Positions 8,561 through 16,915 of a stretch of 64,000 nucleotides of DNA are shown in pieces (position 1 is the stretch's first letter; each line of letters begins with the position of its first letter). The translations under genes were made by a program, and so were the position numbers. This DNA comes from Acidobacteriota bacterium (GTDB lineage Bacteria; Acidobacteriota; Thermoanaerobaculia; UBA5066; Gp7-AA6): positions 13,439 to 77,438 of the forward strand of contig JBLMXY010000012.1 of NCBI GenBank assembly GCA_050257975.1, given 5' to 3'. The notes under the pieces were generated by a model. That model did not search any database and was not told the origin of the DNA. It saw only the letters and a list, made by a program, of their open reading frames with translations.

Positions 8561-10147
8561 TTAGAGGGCCCGCTCGTACCGGGTTGCGTCCTGTTTCCAG
8601 ACGACGACGCCGCAGAACCGCTCCCCTTCCGGGCAGACCGGGCGAACCGCGGCGCGGTGGCGCAGCGTGCAGGGGGGCAGCAGCCACGGTCCGATCCGGG
8701 GGTTCACCTCGCGAATCTGCAGGGCCTCGTCGAGCGACGCGCGCCAGATCTCCTCCTGCGCGTTGTAACAGAGACGCATCGCGAACTTGTGATGAAGGTT
8801 CAGCAGGTCGGCCGACTCGGTGAATCGGATCGCGACGGCGTTGGGGAGCAGGTACGCCGCGTTCTCGTCGGGCACTCCCCGATCGCGCAGCCGGTTGATT
8901 GCCTCCCAGGTCTCCTCCATCGTCTCGCGGTAGAGCTTCTGCGCCTCCGGAACCTCGGGGATGAGCATCGGCACGACGTAGTCGGGCTCGCGCGACAAAT
9001 AGGCGGGCAGCGTCGGCCGCGAGGCCGGCGTCATCCGGTGCCTCTGGTCCTGGCTGTCGGCCGTGTGCGAGAGCTTCTTGCGGAAGGTGTAGTTGGGATG
9101 GAACATCGCCCGCGAAAGCTTCCCGTGCGTCGTCAGCGTCAGCGTCTCGCCCAGGAGGCGATTGCGGGCCGGATCGAGCACGAGTCGGATCGCTGCGTCG
9201 TCCGAGAGGACCGCGCGCGGGAGGCCGAGGATCTCGCGGACGGAGGAAGCGAGGATCTCTTCGTTGTTCGCCTTCCAGTCGGCCAGGAGCGAGACGCGAC
9301 CCCCGAGCTCCCGGTCGAATTCGCGGCGGAAGGCGCCGTCGGAGGTGCGGGGCGCCCGATCGGTCGGGAAGAGCGCGTACTCGGGAGTCTCCTCGAGCGG
9401 GATCGGCTCCTGCAGCACGGCCTCGTAGAGGGGATCGTGCCGGAGCACCTCCTCCACCATCTGCCCGACGACCTCGCGCTGCTCGGCCGGGGCGTCGAAG
9501 GATTCGCAGAGACGCCAGTAGCGAAAGAGCGTGACGCCGGAGACCGTGTGGTACAGGTAGGCGAAGGTCGCGACGGGCAGGACGTAGCGCGCGATCTCCT
9601 GCGCGCGTTTCTGGACGGCTCCCGCGAACCGGCTGCGCCCGTCGCCCCGCGTGCGGCCGGGAAAGATCCCGAAATAACGCTCCGCGGCGAGCGGCGTCAG
9701 AAGCGCGGTCAGGCGGCGGTAGGCCTCCTGCTGGCGCCGCGCCTGGCGTTCGAAGATCTCCCGCTCGGCCGGGCCCATCGGCGGCACGGCGTACGTCCCA
9801 TCCTTGACCTCGACGTAGCGCTGCGAAACCTGCTCGGAATTGTAGAAGGGATGGCTGTGGAGAAAGCTCCAGAGAAACTGGCGCGAGACGTTCTCGAGGG
9901 CGAACTGGAAGTGCGCGTGCTGGAAAGTCGTGTGGTGGCCCGCCTCGTAGATCGAGCGGGCGAGCGCGTCCCGCCGCTCCGGCCGCGCGGAGGCCTGGTC
10001 TTCGGTGACGATCCCTTTGGCCGAGTAGCAGGTGCGGGCGGTCGCGACGACGTTCTCGAAGGGACGGTCGAAGGCATGCACGAGGCGGACCTTCGGAGGA
10101 GAAGAGGAGAACGCGAAGCGGCGTTCCGGGCGCGGAAGGGAGGCCAT
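8561..10147 (-). CDS. thyX: FAD-dependent thymidylate synthase ThyX-like, fused tandem-domain form (528 aa)
   Basis: The N-terminal half has AGHHTTFQHAHFQFALENVSRQFLWSFLHSHPFYNSEQVSQRY, which is ThyX-motif-like with a degenerate RHR. The C-terminal half has SQDQRHRMTPASR. The protein is about twice the canonical ThyX length. Confidence 0.7.
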   Translation of the reverse strand: MASLPRPERRFAFSSSPPKVRLVHAFDRPFENVVATARTCYSAKGIVTEDQASARPERRDALARSIYEAGHHTTFQHAHFQFALENVSRQFLWSFLHSHPFYNSEQVSQRYVEVKDGTYAVPPMGPAEREIFERQARRQQEAYRRLTALLTPLAAERYFGIFPGRTRGDGRSRFAGAVQKRAQEIARYVLPVATFAYLYHTVSGVTLFRYWRLCESFDAPAEQREVVGQMVEEVLRHDPLYEAVLQEPIPLEETPEYALFPTDRAPRTSDGAFRREFDRELGGRVSLLADWKANNEEILASSVREILGLPRAVLSDDAAIRLVLDPARNRLLGETLTLTTHGKLSRAMFHPNYTFRKKLSHTADSQDQRHRMTPASRPTLPAYLSREPDYVVPMLIPEVPEAQKLYRETMEETWEAINRLRDRGVPDENAAYLLPNAVAIRFTESADLLNLHHKFAMRLCYNAQEEIWRASLDEALQIREVNPRIGPWLLPPCTLRHRAAVRPVCPEGERFCGVVVWKQDATRYERAL

Positions 10148-10226
10148 CGCTGGACGGCGATTATGACGCGGATCCGGCGCGCGCGGGCGGCCTGGATTCT
10201 CGGGCGATCGCCCGATTCCGCCGCGC

Positions 10227-10634
10227 TCAGCCGCGCGGTTTCCGGCGCGTCATCACCTGCGGCCTGACCGCCTGAGCCTCGTCGCGCGCATCGCGGCGAA
10301 CGGCCTGGCAGACCAGCGCGCAGAGGCGCTCGATGGAAGGATCGGCGATCGAGTAGACGATCCGGCTTCCGTCGCGGCGCCGGCGCACGAGCGCGCCCGA
10401 CCGCAGGACCCCCAGGTGCTTGCTCACGTTCGCCTGGGTTCCGCCGACCTCCTGAAGGATGTCGCCGACCGCGGCCGGCGACCGAAAGAGGCGTTCGAGG
10501 ATCTTCAGGCGCATCGGCTCCCCGAGGGCCCGAAACCGGGCGGCGACCAGCTCGCGGGCGCGCTCGGTCAGGGGAACGCGGGGCGCCATGGTCTCCCAAT
10601 GCGGGGCCTCTTCGCCCTCGCGGCTCGTTTTCAT
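10227..10634 (-). CDS. ArsR/SmtB-family transcriptional regulator
   Basis: Winged-HTH signature: ALGEPMRLKILERLFRSPAAVGDILQEVGGTQANVSKHLGVLRSGALVRRRRDGSRIVYS. An alternative internal ATG lies at 10589. Confidence 0.85.
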   Translation of the reverse strand: MKTSREGEEAPHWETMAPRVPLTERARELVAARFRALGEPMRLKILERLFRSPAAVGDILQEVGGTQANVSKHLGVLRSGALVRRRRDGSRIVYSIADPSIERLCALVCQAVRRDARDEAQAVRPQVMTRRKPRG

Positions 10635-10638
10635 CGCT

Positions 10639-10672
10639 CTTGACTATATAGCCATATAGTCATATAGTCAAG
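10639..10672. promoter_or_regulatory. Palindromic operator with overlapping divergent promoters (CTTGACTATAT-N12-ATATAGTCAAG)
   Basis: There is an 11-bp perfect inverted repeat. On the plus strand TTGACT (10640-45) is followed by a 17-nt spacer and TATAGT (10663-68). On the minus strand TTGACT (10671-66) is followed by a 17-nt spacer and TATAGT (10648-43). This is an AT-rich island in a GC-rich genome. Confidence 0.6.
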
Positions 10673-10676
10673 CGCC

Positions 10677-11975
10677 ATGTTGCTGCCGGTCTGTGTCCTG
10701 GCGGTCCTGGCATCCGGACCCGAGCCCCTGACTCTTCGCGAGGCGGCGGCGCTCGCCGCGTCCGACGCTCCGGCCGTCGCCCGCGCCGCCGCGGACTCGG
10801 TTCGCGCCCGCGCGGGAGAGGCGGCGGTCCGCTCCCGCCTCGGGCCCTCCCTGTCTCTCGACTTCGGGGCCGCCTCGACGAACGACCCGGTGAATGCCTT
10901 CAGCCTCGCGTTGAAACAGGAGCGCTTCTCCGCCGCCGAGTTCTTCGCTTCGGATCCGAACCATCCCGGATTCGTCCGGGACTGGAACGCGGGCCTGACC
11001 GCCGCCTGGAACATCGACCTCTTCGGCGCCGCGCGCGGCGAGGCCCGCTCGGCCCGGGCCGAGGCCGACGCCGCGACGCGGACGGCCCATCGCGCCAAGG
11101 ACGCGACGGTCGCGGAGGCGGTCGCCGCCTTCGCCGCAGCCCGGCAGGCGCAGTCGGCCCTGGAGCTTCTCGCCGGCCGAAAGGCGGACGCCGAGAAGGA
11201 CGTCTCGATCGCGTCGGCGCTCGCCGAGCAGGGGTTCACGACGCGGGCCGATCCGGCGCGCGCCCGCGCGGCGCTGTCCGAGGTGCTCGCCGAAATCGCG
11301 GGCCGGCGCTCGGCGCTCGAGCAGGCCCGGGCGTCCCTGGCGGTCCTCATCGGGCAGGAGGCGGCGAGCCGGCCGCTGGCCGAGCTGCCGGAGACGCGAT
11401 CCGCCGCCGAAGAGACGCCGGGGGAGCGCGACGACGTGGCGGCGGCCGAGCTCGCCGCGCGGGCGGCGCGCGACCTCGAGAGGGCGGCGACCGGATCGCG
11501 GTGGCCGACGCTTCTCGTCCTGGGGCGCTACGAGCTGCACGCGCCGAGCCCCGGGGGCCGCTGGGGCGATTCCGCGTCCGTCTTCGGCGGATTCCGGATG
11601 CCGCTCTTCGCCTCGGGGGGTGTGGCGTCGCGGATCGCGGAGGCGCGCGCCTCCGCCCTTTCCGCCGATGCGGCGGCCCTCCAGGCACGCCGGCAGGCCG
11701 ACAGGGAGATCGCCTCGGCCCGCGCGGCTCTCGACGCGGCGCGGGCGCGCGAGGCGGCGTTCGCCGAGGCCGAGGCCGCCGCGGGGCAGGCGCGAGAGAT
11801 CCAGCAAGCGCGCTACGAGGAGGGAGTCGCCCGGCTCGCCGACCTGCTGGAGGCCCGGGCGGCGGAGCTTCACGCGCGGCTGGGCGCCCTCTCCGCGAGG
11901 TCGGAGCGCGCGGTCGCGCACGCCAATCTGAGGCTGGCCCTCGGCCTGCCCCCCGTCGAGGAGGAATCCCCATGA
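10677..11975 (+). CDS. TolC-family outer-membrane efflux protein
   Basis: 432 aa with a short signal peptide and two Ala/Arg-rich coiled-coil halves typical of OEP/TolC. The stop overlaps the next start (ATGA). Confidence 0.8.
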   Translation: MLLPVCVLAVLASGPEPLTLREAAALAASDAPAVARAAADSVRARAGEAAVRSRLGPSLSLDFGAASTNDPVNAFSLALKQERFSAAEFFASDPNHPGFVRDWNAGLTAAWNIDLFGAARGEARSARAEADAATRTAHRAKDATVAEAVAAFAAARQAQSALELLAGRKADAEKDVSIASALAEQGFTTRADPARARAALSEVLAEIAGRRSALEQARASLAVLIGQEAASRPLAELPETRSAAEETPGERDDVAAAELAARAARDLERAATGSRWPTLLVLGRYELHAPSPGGRWGDSASVFGGFRMPLFASGGVASRIAEARASALSADAAALQARRQADREIASARAALDAARAREAAFAEAEAAAGQAREIQQARYEEGVARLADLLEARAAELHARLGALSARSERAVAHANLRLALGLPPVEEESP

Positions 11976-13021
11976 AACGAATCGCCGTGGCGCTTCTCGC
12001 GCTGGTCGCGGCGGCATCCTGCGCGAAGAAGCCGGGGGCCGCTTCCGCGCCGCAGCCGGTGCGGGCCCTGCGGACCGCCGTCGTCGAGCAGCGAATCCTG
12101 CCCGCCGTGACCGAAGTCGAGGGCGTGGTCGTCGGGCGCCTGGAGGCCGTGCTCTCGAGTCGTCTCGCCGCGCCCGTCGCGGAGGTCCGCGCGGTTCCGG
12201 GCCAGACGGTGCGCGCCGGGGCCGTCCTCGTTCGCCTCGAGCAGAGCGAGGCCGATTCCGCGCTCGAGGGAGCCCGCGCGGGCCTCGCGGCTTCGCGCTC
12301 CGCCCTCGAGCTTGCCCGCCGCAACCGCGCTCGCTACGAGAAGCTGGAAGCGCGGCAGGCGGCGGCCGCCGTCGAGCTCGAGCGGGCGAGGCAGGAGGAG
12401 GCCGCCGCGGCCGCCGGGGCCGCCTCCGCCGAGGCCGCGCTGCGGCGCGCGGAGACCGACCGCGCGCAGGCCGTGCTGACGGCTCCCTTCGACGCCGTCG
12501 TGGTCGAGAAGATGGTCTCGCCGGGAGATCTCGCCGCCCCGGGCAGGCCGCTGGTGCGCCTCGCATCCGTTTCGGGGCGCCGTGTGGAGGCCGCGCCGGG
12601 CGAGCAGGAGGCGGCGCACCTGGCGGTGGGCGATCCGGTCGAGGTCGTGGTGGCGGGCCGCGCGCAGACCGGGCGCGTGGCGGAGATCGTGGGCGCGATC
12701 GACCCCGCGACGCGCCGGCGCACGGTGCGCATCGATCTGCCGCAAGGCGACGAGCCGCCGGTCGGCTCGTTCGCGCGCGTGCGGCTGCCCGGCGCCGCGC
12801 AGCCGCGCCTCGTGGTTCCGGAGCGCGCCATCGTCGCGCGGGGCGGCCTCGAAGTCGCGTGGACCGCGGGCTCGGACGGCCGGCTCGCCCTGCGCTACGT
12901 CCGCACGGGCGCCCGGATGGGCGGCGGCCTGGTCGAGGTCCGCTCGGGGCTCGACGCGGGCGACCGGGTGGTTCTCGAGCCGCCGGCCGACCTGGAAGCG
13001 GGAACGCGGCTCGCGTCGTGA
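11972..13021 (+). CDS. RND efflux periplasmic adaptor (MFP/HlyD family) lipoprotein
   Basis: Starts MKRIAVALLALVAAASCAKK (lipobox), followed by biotinyl-lipoyl-like, coiled-coil and beta-barrel segments. The start was chosen at the ATG overlapping the tolC stop, inside track ORF 11501..13021. Confidence 0.85.
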   Translation: MKRIAVALLALVAAASCAKKPGAASAPQPVRALRTAVVEQRILPAVTEVEGVVVGRLEAVLSSRLAAPVAEVRAVPGQTVRAGAVLVRLEQSEADSALEGARAGLAASRSALELARRNRARYEKLEARQAAAAVELERARQEEAAAAAGAASAEAALRRAETDRAQAVLTAPFDAVVVEKMVSPGDLAAPGRPLVRLASVSGRRVEAAPGEQEAAHLAVGDPVEVVVAGRAQTGRVAEIVGAIDPATRRRTVRIDLPQGDEPPVGSFARVRLPGAAQPRLVVPERAIVARGGLEVAWTAGSDGRLALRYVRTGARMGGGLVEVRSGLDAGDRVVLEPPADLEAGTRLAS

Positions 13022-13023
13022 CG

Positions 13024-16000
13024 ATGGACTCCAAGACTCGCCTCGCTCTCGAGCGGCGGCCCCTGGGCATCGCGGGGCGCCTGGCTCGGGCCTTCATCGA
13101 CTCGAAGCTGACGCCCCTGGTGGTCCTCTTCGCTCTGGGCCTGGGAGGGCTCGCCATCCTGGTGACGCCGCGGGAGGAGGAGCCGCAGATCAAGGTGCCG
13201 ATGATCGACGTCTTCGCCGGCGTGCCGGGCCGAAGCGCCGTCGAAGTCGAGCGGCAGATCGTCGCGCCGCTCGAGAAGGCGTTCTGGTCGATCCCGGGCG
13301 TGGAATACGTGTACTCGACCTCCTCGCCCGACAGCGCGTTGGTCGTGCTGCGCTTCCGCGTCGGGGAGGACCCCGACCGGGCGGTCACGCGGGTCCGGGC
13401 GAAGCTCGACTCGCTCGCGGACCAGTGGCCTGCCGCGCTTCCTCCGCCCCTGGTCAAGCCGCGGTCGATCGACGACGTGCCCATCTGGGCGATGACGTTC
13501 TGGAGCACGACGCTCGACCCGGCCACGCTGAGGCAGGTCGCGGCCGAGGTCGAGAACGAGATCAAGACGATTCCGGAGGTCTCCGACACGGCGCTGATCG
13601 GCGGCCTGCGCCGTCAGTTCCGCGTCGAGCTCGATCCGGCGGCCCTCGCCGCCCGGGGCCTGGCGCCCGGCGCCGTGGTTCCCGCGATCGTCGCGGCGAA
13701 CCGGCGGGCCCGGGCCGGAGCGCTCGTCGCGGACGGACGGGAGTTGCTGGTCGACGCCGGCGGCTTCGTCCAGTCGGCCGAGGACCTGGGCGCCGTGGTG
13801 GTCGCCGAGAGCGGCGGCCGGCCGGTGCGGCTCTCCGACGTCGCCCGCGTCCTGGACGGGCCGGAGGAGCCTTCCGCGTACGTCTCCCACGGCGAGCCGG
13901 GGGTGCCCGGCCGCTGGCCCGCCGTGACGCTCGCGGTCAGCAAGCGCCGGGGCGCGAACGCGATCACCGTCGTGCACGCGATCGAGAGGAAGCTGGACGT
14001 CCTCCGGCCGAAGCTGCTCGCCGCCGACGTGCGCACGACGATCAGCCGCGACTACGGCGAGACCTCTTCCGAGAAATCCAACGAGCTTCTGAAGCACATG
14101 GGCCTGGCGACTCTGTCGGTGGCCCTCCTGATGGCCCTGGCGCTCGGCCGCCGCGAGGCCGGTGTGGTGCTTCTCGCGGTGCCGGTCACGCTCGCCCTGA
14201 CGCTGTTCGTCTTCTGGCTCTTCGGCTACACGTTGAACCGCATCACGCTCTTCGCGCTGATCTTCTCGATCGGAATCCTGGTCGACGACGCGATCGTCGT
14301 CGTCGAGAACATCGTGCGCCACCTGCGGCTGCCGGGCTCGCGAGAGCGCGGCCTCGCGGTGATCGCCGTGGAGGCGACCGACGAGGTCGGCAATCCGACC
14401 GTGCTCGCGACCTTCGCGGTCATCGCCGCCATTCTTCCGATGGGGTTCGTCGGCGGCCTGATGGGGCCCTACATGCGGCCGATTCCGATCGGCGCCTCCG
14501 CGGCCATGCTCTTCTCGCTGCTGGTCGCCTTCGCGGTCTCGCCCTGGGCGGCGCGCCTGCTCTTCCGCCGCGCTCCCGGCGCGGCGAGCGGCCATGGGGA
14601 AGGCTCCGGCGGCACGCTCGCGCGGCTCTATCGCAAGGCCATGACTCCGCTCGTGACCGCCGGTGGGACGCGGGCCCGCCTCGTCTTCTTCGCCGGCATC
14701 GCCGTGCTGCTCGCCGCGGCGATGGCGCTCGTTCCGCTGGGCGCCGTGCACGTCAAGATGCTCCCGTTCGACAACAAGAACGAGTTCCAGGTGGTCGTCG
14801 ATTTTCCGGACGGCACGACCCTCGAGACGACCAACCGCGCCCTGTCCGAAATGGCGGAGGCCCTGCGCGCCCTGCCGGAGGTCGTCGGCACGGAGGTCTA
14901 CGCCGGCACGGCCGCGCCGTACAACTTCAACGGCCTCGTGCGGCACTACTTTCTCCGCTCGCGCCCGAACCAGGGAGACGTGCAGGTGACGCTTCGGAAG
15001 AAGGGGGATCGGCGCCGCTCTTCGCACGCGGTCGCCAGGCTCGCGCGGCCGATCGTCACCGCGATCGGGCGCCGGTACGACGCGCGCGTGAAGGTCGCCG
15101 AGGTGCCCCCGGGACCGCCGGTGCTCCAGACTCTCGTCGCCGAGGTCTACGGCCCCGACGAGGCGGGTCGGCGCGAAGTCGCAAGGCAGGTCAAGGATCT
15201 CTTCTCGCGGACGGAAGGAGTCGTCGACGTCGACTGGTACGTCGAGAGCCCGCGCGAGAGGGTGGTCTTCCGGCTGGATCGGGGAAAAGCCGGCCTCTCC
15301 GGAATCCGCGAGGCCGACGTGGCGGCCGCGCTGCGGCTGGCGCTGTCGGGCGACGCCGTCGACGAGGTGCAGCTGCCGGGCATTCGGGAGCGGATCCCGC
15401 TCGTCGTGACGCTGCCGGCGGCGAGCCGCAATGATCTGACCGCGCTGGGCGGCCTGACGGTCCCGGGCCGCGACGGGAGGCTCGTGCCGCTCTCGGAGAT
15501 CGGGCGGTTCGAGCGCCGGCCCGACGAGACCTCGATCGACCACAAGAACCTGAAGCCCGTCGTGTACGTGACGGCGGACGTCGGCGGCGCGAAGGAGGCC
15601 CCGGTCTACGCGATCGCCGCGCTCGAGAAGGGCCTCTCGAAGATCCGCGTCCCGGGCGGATACCGGATCTCCACCCAGACGGCTACGGCGCCCTTCGACA
15701 CGACGCGGTACGGGATCAAGTGGGACGGCGAGTGGCACGTGACCTACGAGGTGTTTCGCGATCTGGGGCTCGCCTTCGCCGCCGTGCTCGTGCTGATCTA
15801 CGTGCTGGTCGTCGGCTGGTTCCGCAGCTTCACGGTCCCGCTCGTGATCATGGCGCCGATCCCGCTCACCCTCGTCGGGATCCTGCCCGCCCACGCCCTC
15901 TTCGGCGTCTTCTTCACGGCCACCTCGATGATCGGCTTCATCGCCGGCGCCGGCATCATCGTGCGCAATTCGATCATCCTCGTCGACTTCATCGAGCTGC

Positions 16001-16311
16001 GGCGCCGGGAGGGGATGCCGCTTTCGGAGGCGGTTCTCGACGCCGGCGAGGTGCGCTTCCGCCCGATGCTGCTCACGGCGGCGGCGGTCGTCGTCGGGAC
16101 CTCCGTGATGCTCTTCGACCCGATCTTCCAGGGACTGGCCGTGGCCATGATGGCCGGCGAGGTGGCCGCCACACTGCTGTCGCGCGCGGCCGTCCCGGTC
16201 CTCTACTACCTGCTCCGGCGCTCCGAGGAGAAAAAGGCCTCCGCGGGGCAATTGCCCACGCCCTCATCGGCACCCACACCCGCACTCGAACCGGAAAGGA
16301 GTCTCGTATGA
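13024..16311 (+). CDS. RND efflux transporter permease (AcrB/HAE-type)
   Basis: About 1095 aa starting MDSKTRLALERRPLGIAG. TM4 has the motif SIGILVDDAIVVVENI (AcrB-like, not the CzcA DFG..DGA type). There are 12 TM-like segments. Confidence 0.9.
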   Translation: MDSKTRLALERRPLGIAGRLARAFIDSKLTPLVVLFALGLGGLAILVTPREEEPQIKVPMIDVFAGVPGRSAVEVERQIVAPLEKAFWSIPGVEYVYSTSSPDSALVVLRFRVGEDPDRAVTRVRAKLDSLADQWPAALPPPLVKPRSIDDVPIWAMTFWSTTLDPATLRQVAAEVENEIKTIPEVSDTALIGGLRRQFRVELDPAALAARGLAPGAVVPAIVAANRRARAGALVADGRELLVDAGGFVQSAEDLGAVVVAESGGRPVRLSDVARVLDGPEEPSAYVSHGEPGVPGRWPAVTLAVSKRRGANAITVVHAIERKLDVLRPKLLAADVRTTISRDYGETSSEKSNELLKHMGLATLSVALLMALALGRREAGVVLLAVPVTLALTLFVFWLFGYTLNRITLFALIFSIGILVDDAIVVVENIVRHLRLPGSRERGLAVIAVEATDEVGNPTVLATFAVIAAILPMGFVGGLMGPYMRPIPIGASAAMLFSLLVAFAVSPWAARLLFRRAPGAASGHGEGSGGTLARLYRKAMTPLVTAGGTRARLVFFAGIAVLLAAAMALVPLGAVHVKMLPFDNKNEFQVVVDFPDGTTLETTNRALSEMAEALRALPEVVGTEVYAGTAAPYNFNGLVRHYFLRSRPNQGDVQVTLRKKGDRRRSSHAVARLARPIVTAIGRRYDARVKVAEVPPGPPVLQTLVAEVYGPDEAGRREVARQVKDLFSRTEGVVDVDWYVESPRERVVFRLDRGKAGLSGIREADVAAALRLALSGDAVDEVQLPGIRERIPLVVTLPAASRNDLTALGGLTVPGRDGRLVPLSEIGRFERRPDETSIDHKNLKPVVYVTADVGGAKEAPVYAIAALEKGLSKIRVPGGYRISTQTATAPFDTTRYGIKWDGEWHVTYEVFRDLGLAFAAVLVLIYVLVVGWFRSFTVPLVIMAPIPLTLVGILPAHALFGVFFTATSMIGFIAGAGIIVRNSIILVDFIELRRREGMPLSEAVLDAGEVRFRPMLLTAAAVVVGTSVMLFDPIFQGLAVAMMAGEVAATLLSRAAVPVLYYLLRRSEEKKASAGQLPTPSSAPTPALEPERSLV

Positions 16312-16517
16312 AACGCACGTTGAACGATTGGCTGCGCGGGATCGCCGGGACCTTCGTCCTGCTGTCGCTCGCCCTGGGATGGTTCGTCCATCCGGCCTTC
16401 TTCCTCTTCACCGCCTTCGTCGGCGCCAACCTGCTGCAGTCGGCCTTCACGGGAACGTGCCCGATGATGCTCCTCCTGCGGCGGCTGGGGGTGCCCGAGG
16501 AGCGCCGGGCGGCGTGA
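16308..16517 (+). CDS. DUF2892/YgaP-like small membrane protein
   Basis: MKRTLNDWLRGIAGTFVLLSLALGWFVHPAFFLFTAFVGANLLQSAFTGTCPMMLLLRRLG. ATGA overlap with the RND stop. Confidence 0.6.
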   Translation: MKRTLNDWLRGIAGTFVLLSLALGWFVHPAFFLFTAFVGANLLQSAFTGTCPMMLLLRRLGVPEERRAA

Positions 16518-16795
16518 AGCTGCTCGTGGTGGTCGTGCCCCGCGAGGCGCGCGACGACGCGGAGGCGGCGCTCGAGTCGGCCGGAGCGCGCGGGTTCACG
16601 GAGATCTCGACGGTCTACGGAGAGGGAACGACCGGGCCCCGCTTCGGCTCCCGGGCCGCGCCCGGCGTCTCGGACCTGATCTTCCTCGCGGTGGAGGAGG
16701 AGCGAATCGGGCCCGTCCGGGAGGCCCTCGCCGCGGTCGGGTCGCGGCATGGCCGAAGGCTCCACGCCTTCCTGCTCCCGGCCGAAGAGATCTGA
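16514..16795 (+). CDS. PII-like / DUF3240-like small protein
   Basis: The GTG start overlaps the upstream stop (GTGA). VKLLVVVVPREARDDAEAALESAGARGFTEISTVYGEG... has a beta-alpha-beta PII-like pattern. Confidence 0.45.
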   Translation: MKLLVVVVPREARDDAEAALESAGARGFTEISTVYGEGTTGPRFGSRAAPGVSDLIFLAVEEERIGPVREALAAVGSRHGRRLHAFLLPAEEI

Positions 16796-16815
16796 CCGGT
16801 CGGTCCTGTCGGCGC

Positions 16816-16844
16816 GGGCCCTCGCGGCGGCGCGGCGAGGGCCC
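16816..16844 (+). terminator. GC hairpin after the efflux operon (no U-tract)
   Basis: GGGCCCTCGC-9nt-GCGAGGGCCC forms a perfect 10-bp stem. It lacks a T-run, so its terminator function is uncertain. Confidence 0.3.
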
Positions 16845-16915
16845 GGGGCTCGCCCGGCGAGCGGTCTTGCGAGGATTGTCCGGCGCCTGGAAGGGTCCTA
16901 TAGTGGTTCGGCGCC

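Noticed and set aside
10668-16251. Antisense ORFs 10668..13589 (-, 973 aa) and 12895..16251 (-, 1118 aa), plus frame-shifted plus-strand ORFs (12582..15434 etc.), across the efflux operon.
   Set aside because: Their composition is Arg-rich junk. The tolC/MFP/RND frames have clear family motifs and coupled starts and stops.
13024-16311. Considered calling the ArsR-linked RND system a CzcCBA-type heavy-metal exporter.
   Set aside because: The TM4 motif is LVDDAIVVVEN (AcrB/HAE-like), not the DFG..DGA..VEN pattern of CzcA/CusA-type pumps as I recall them. The substrate was left open.
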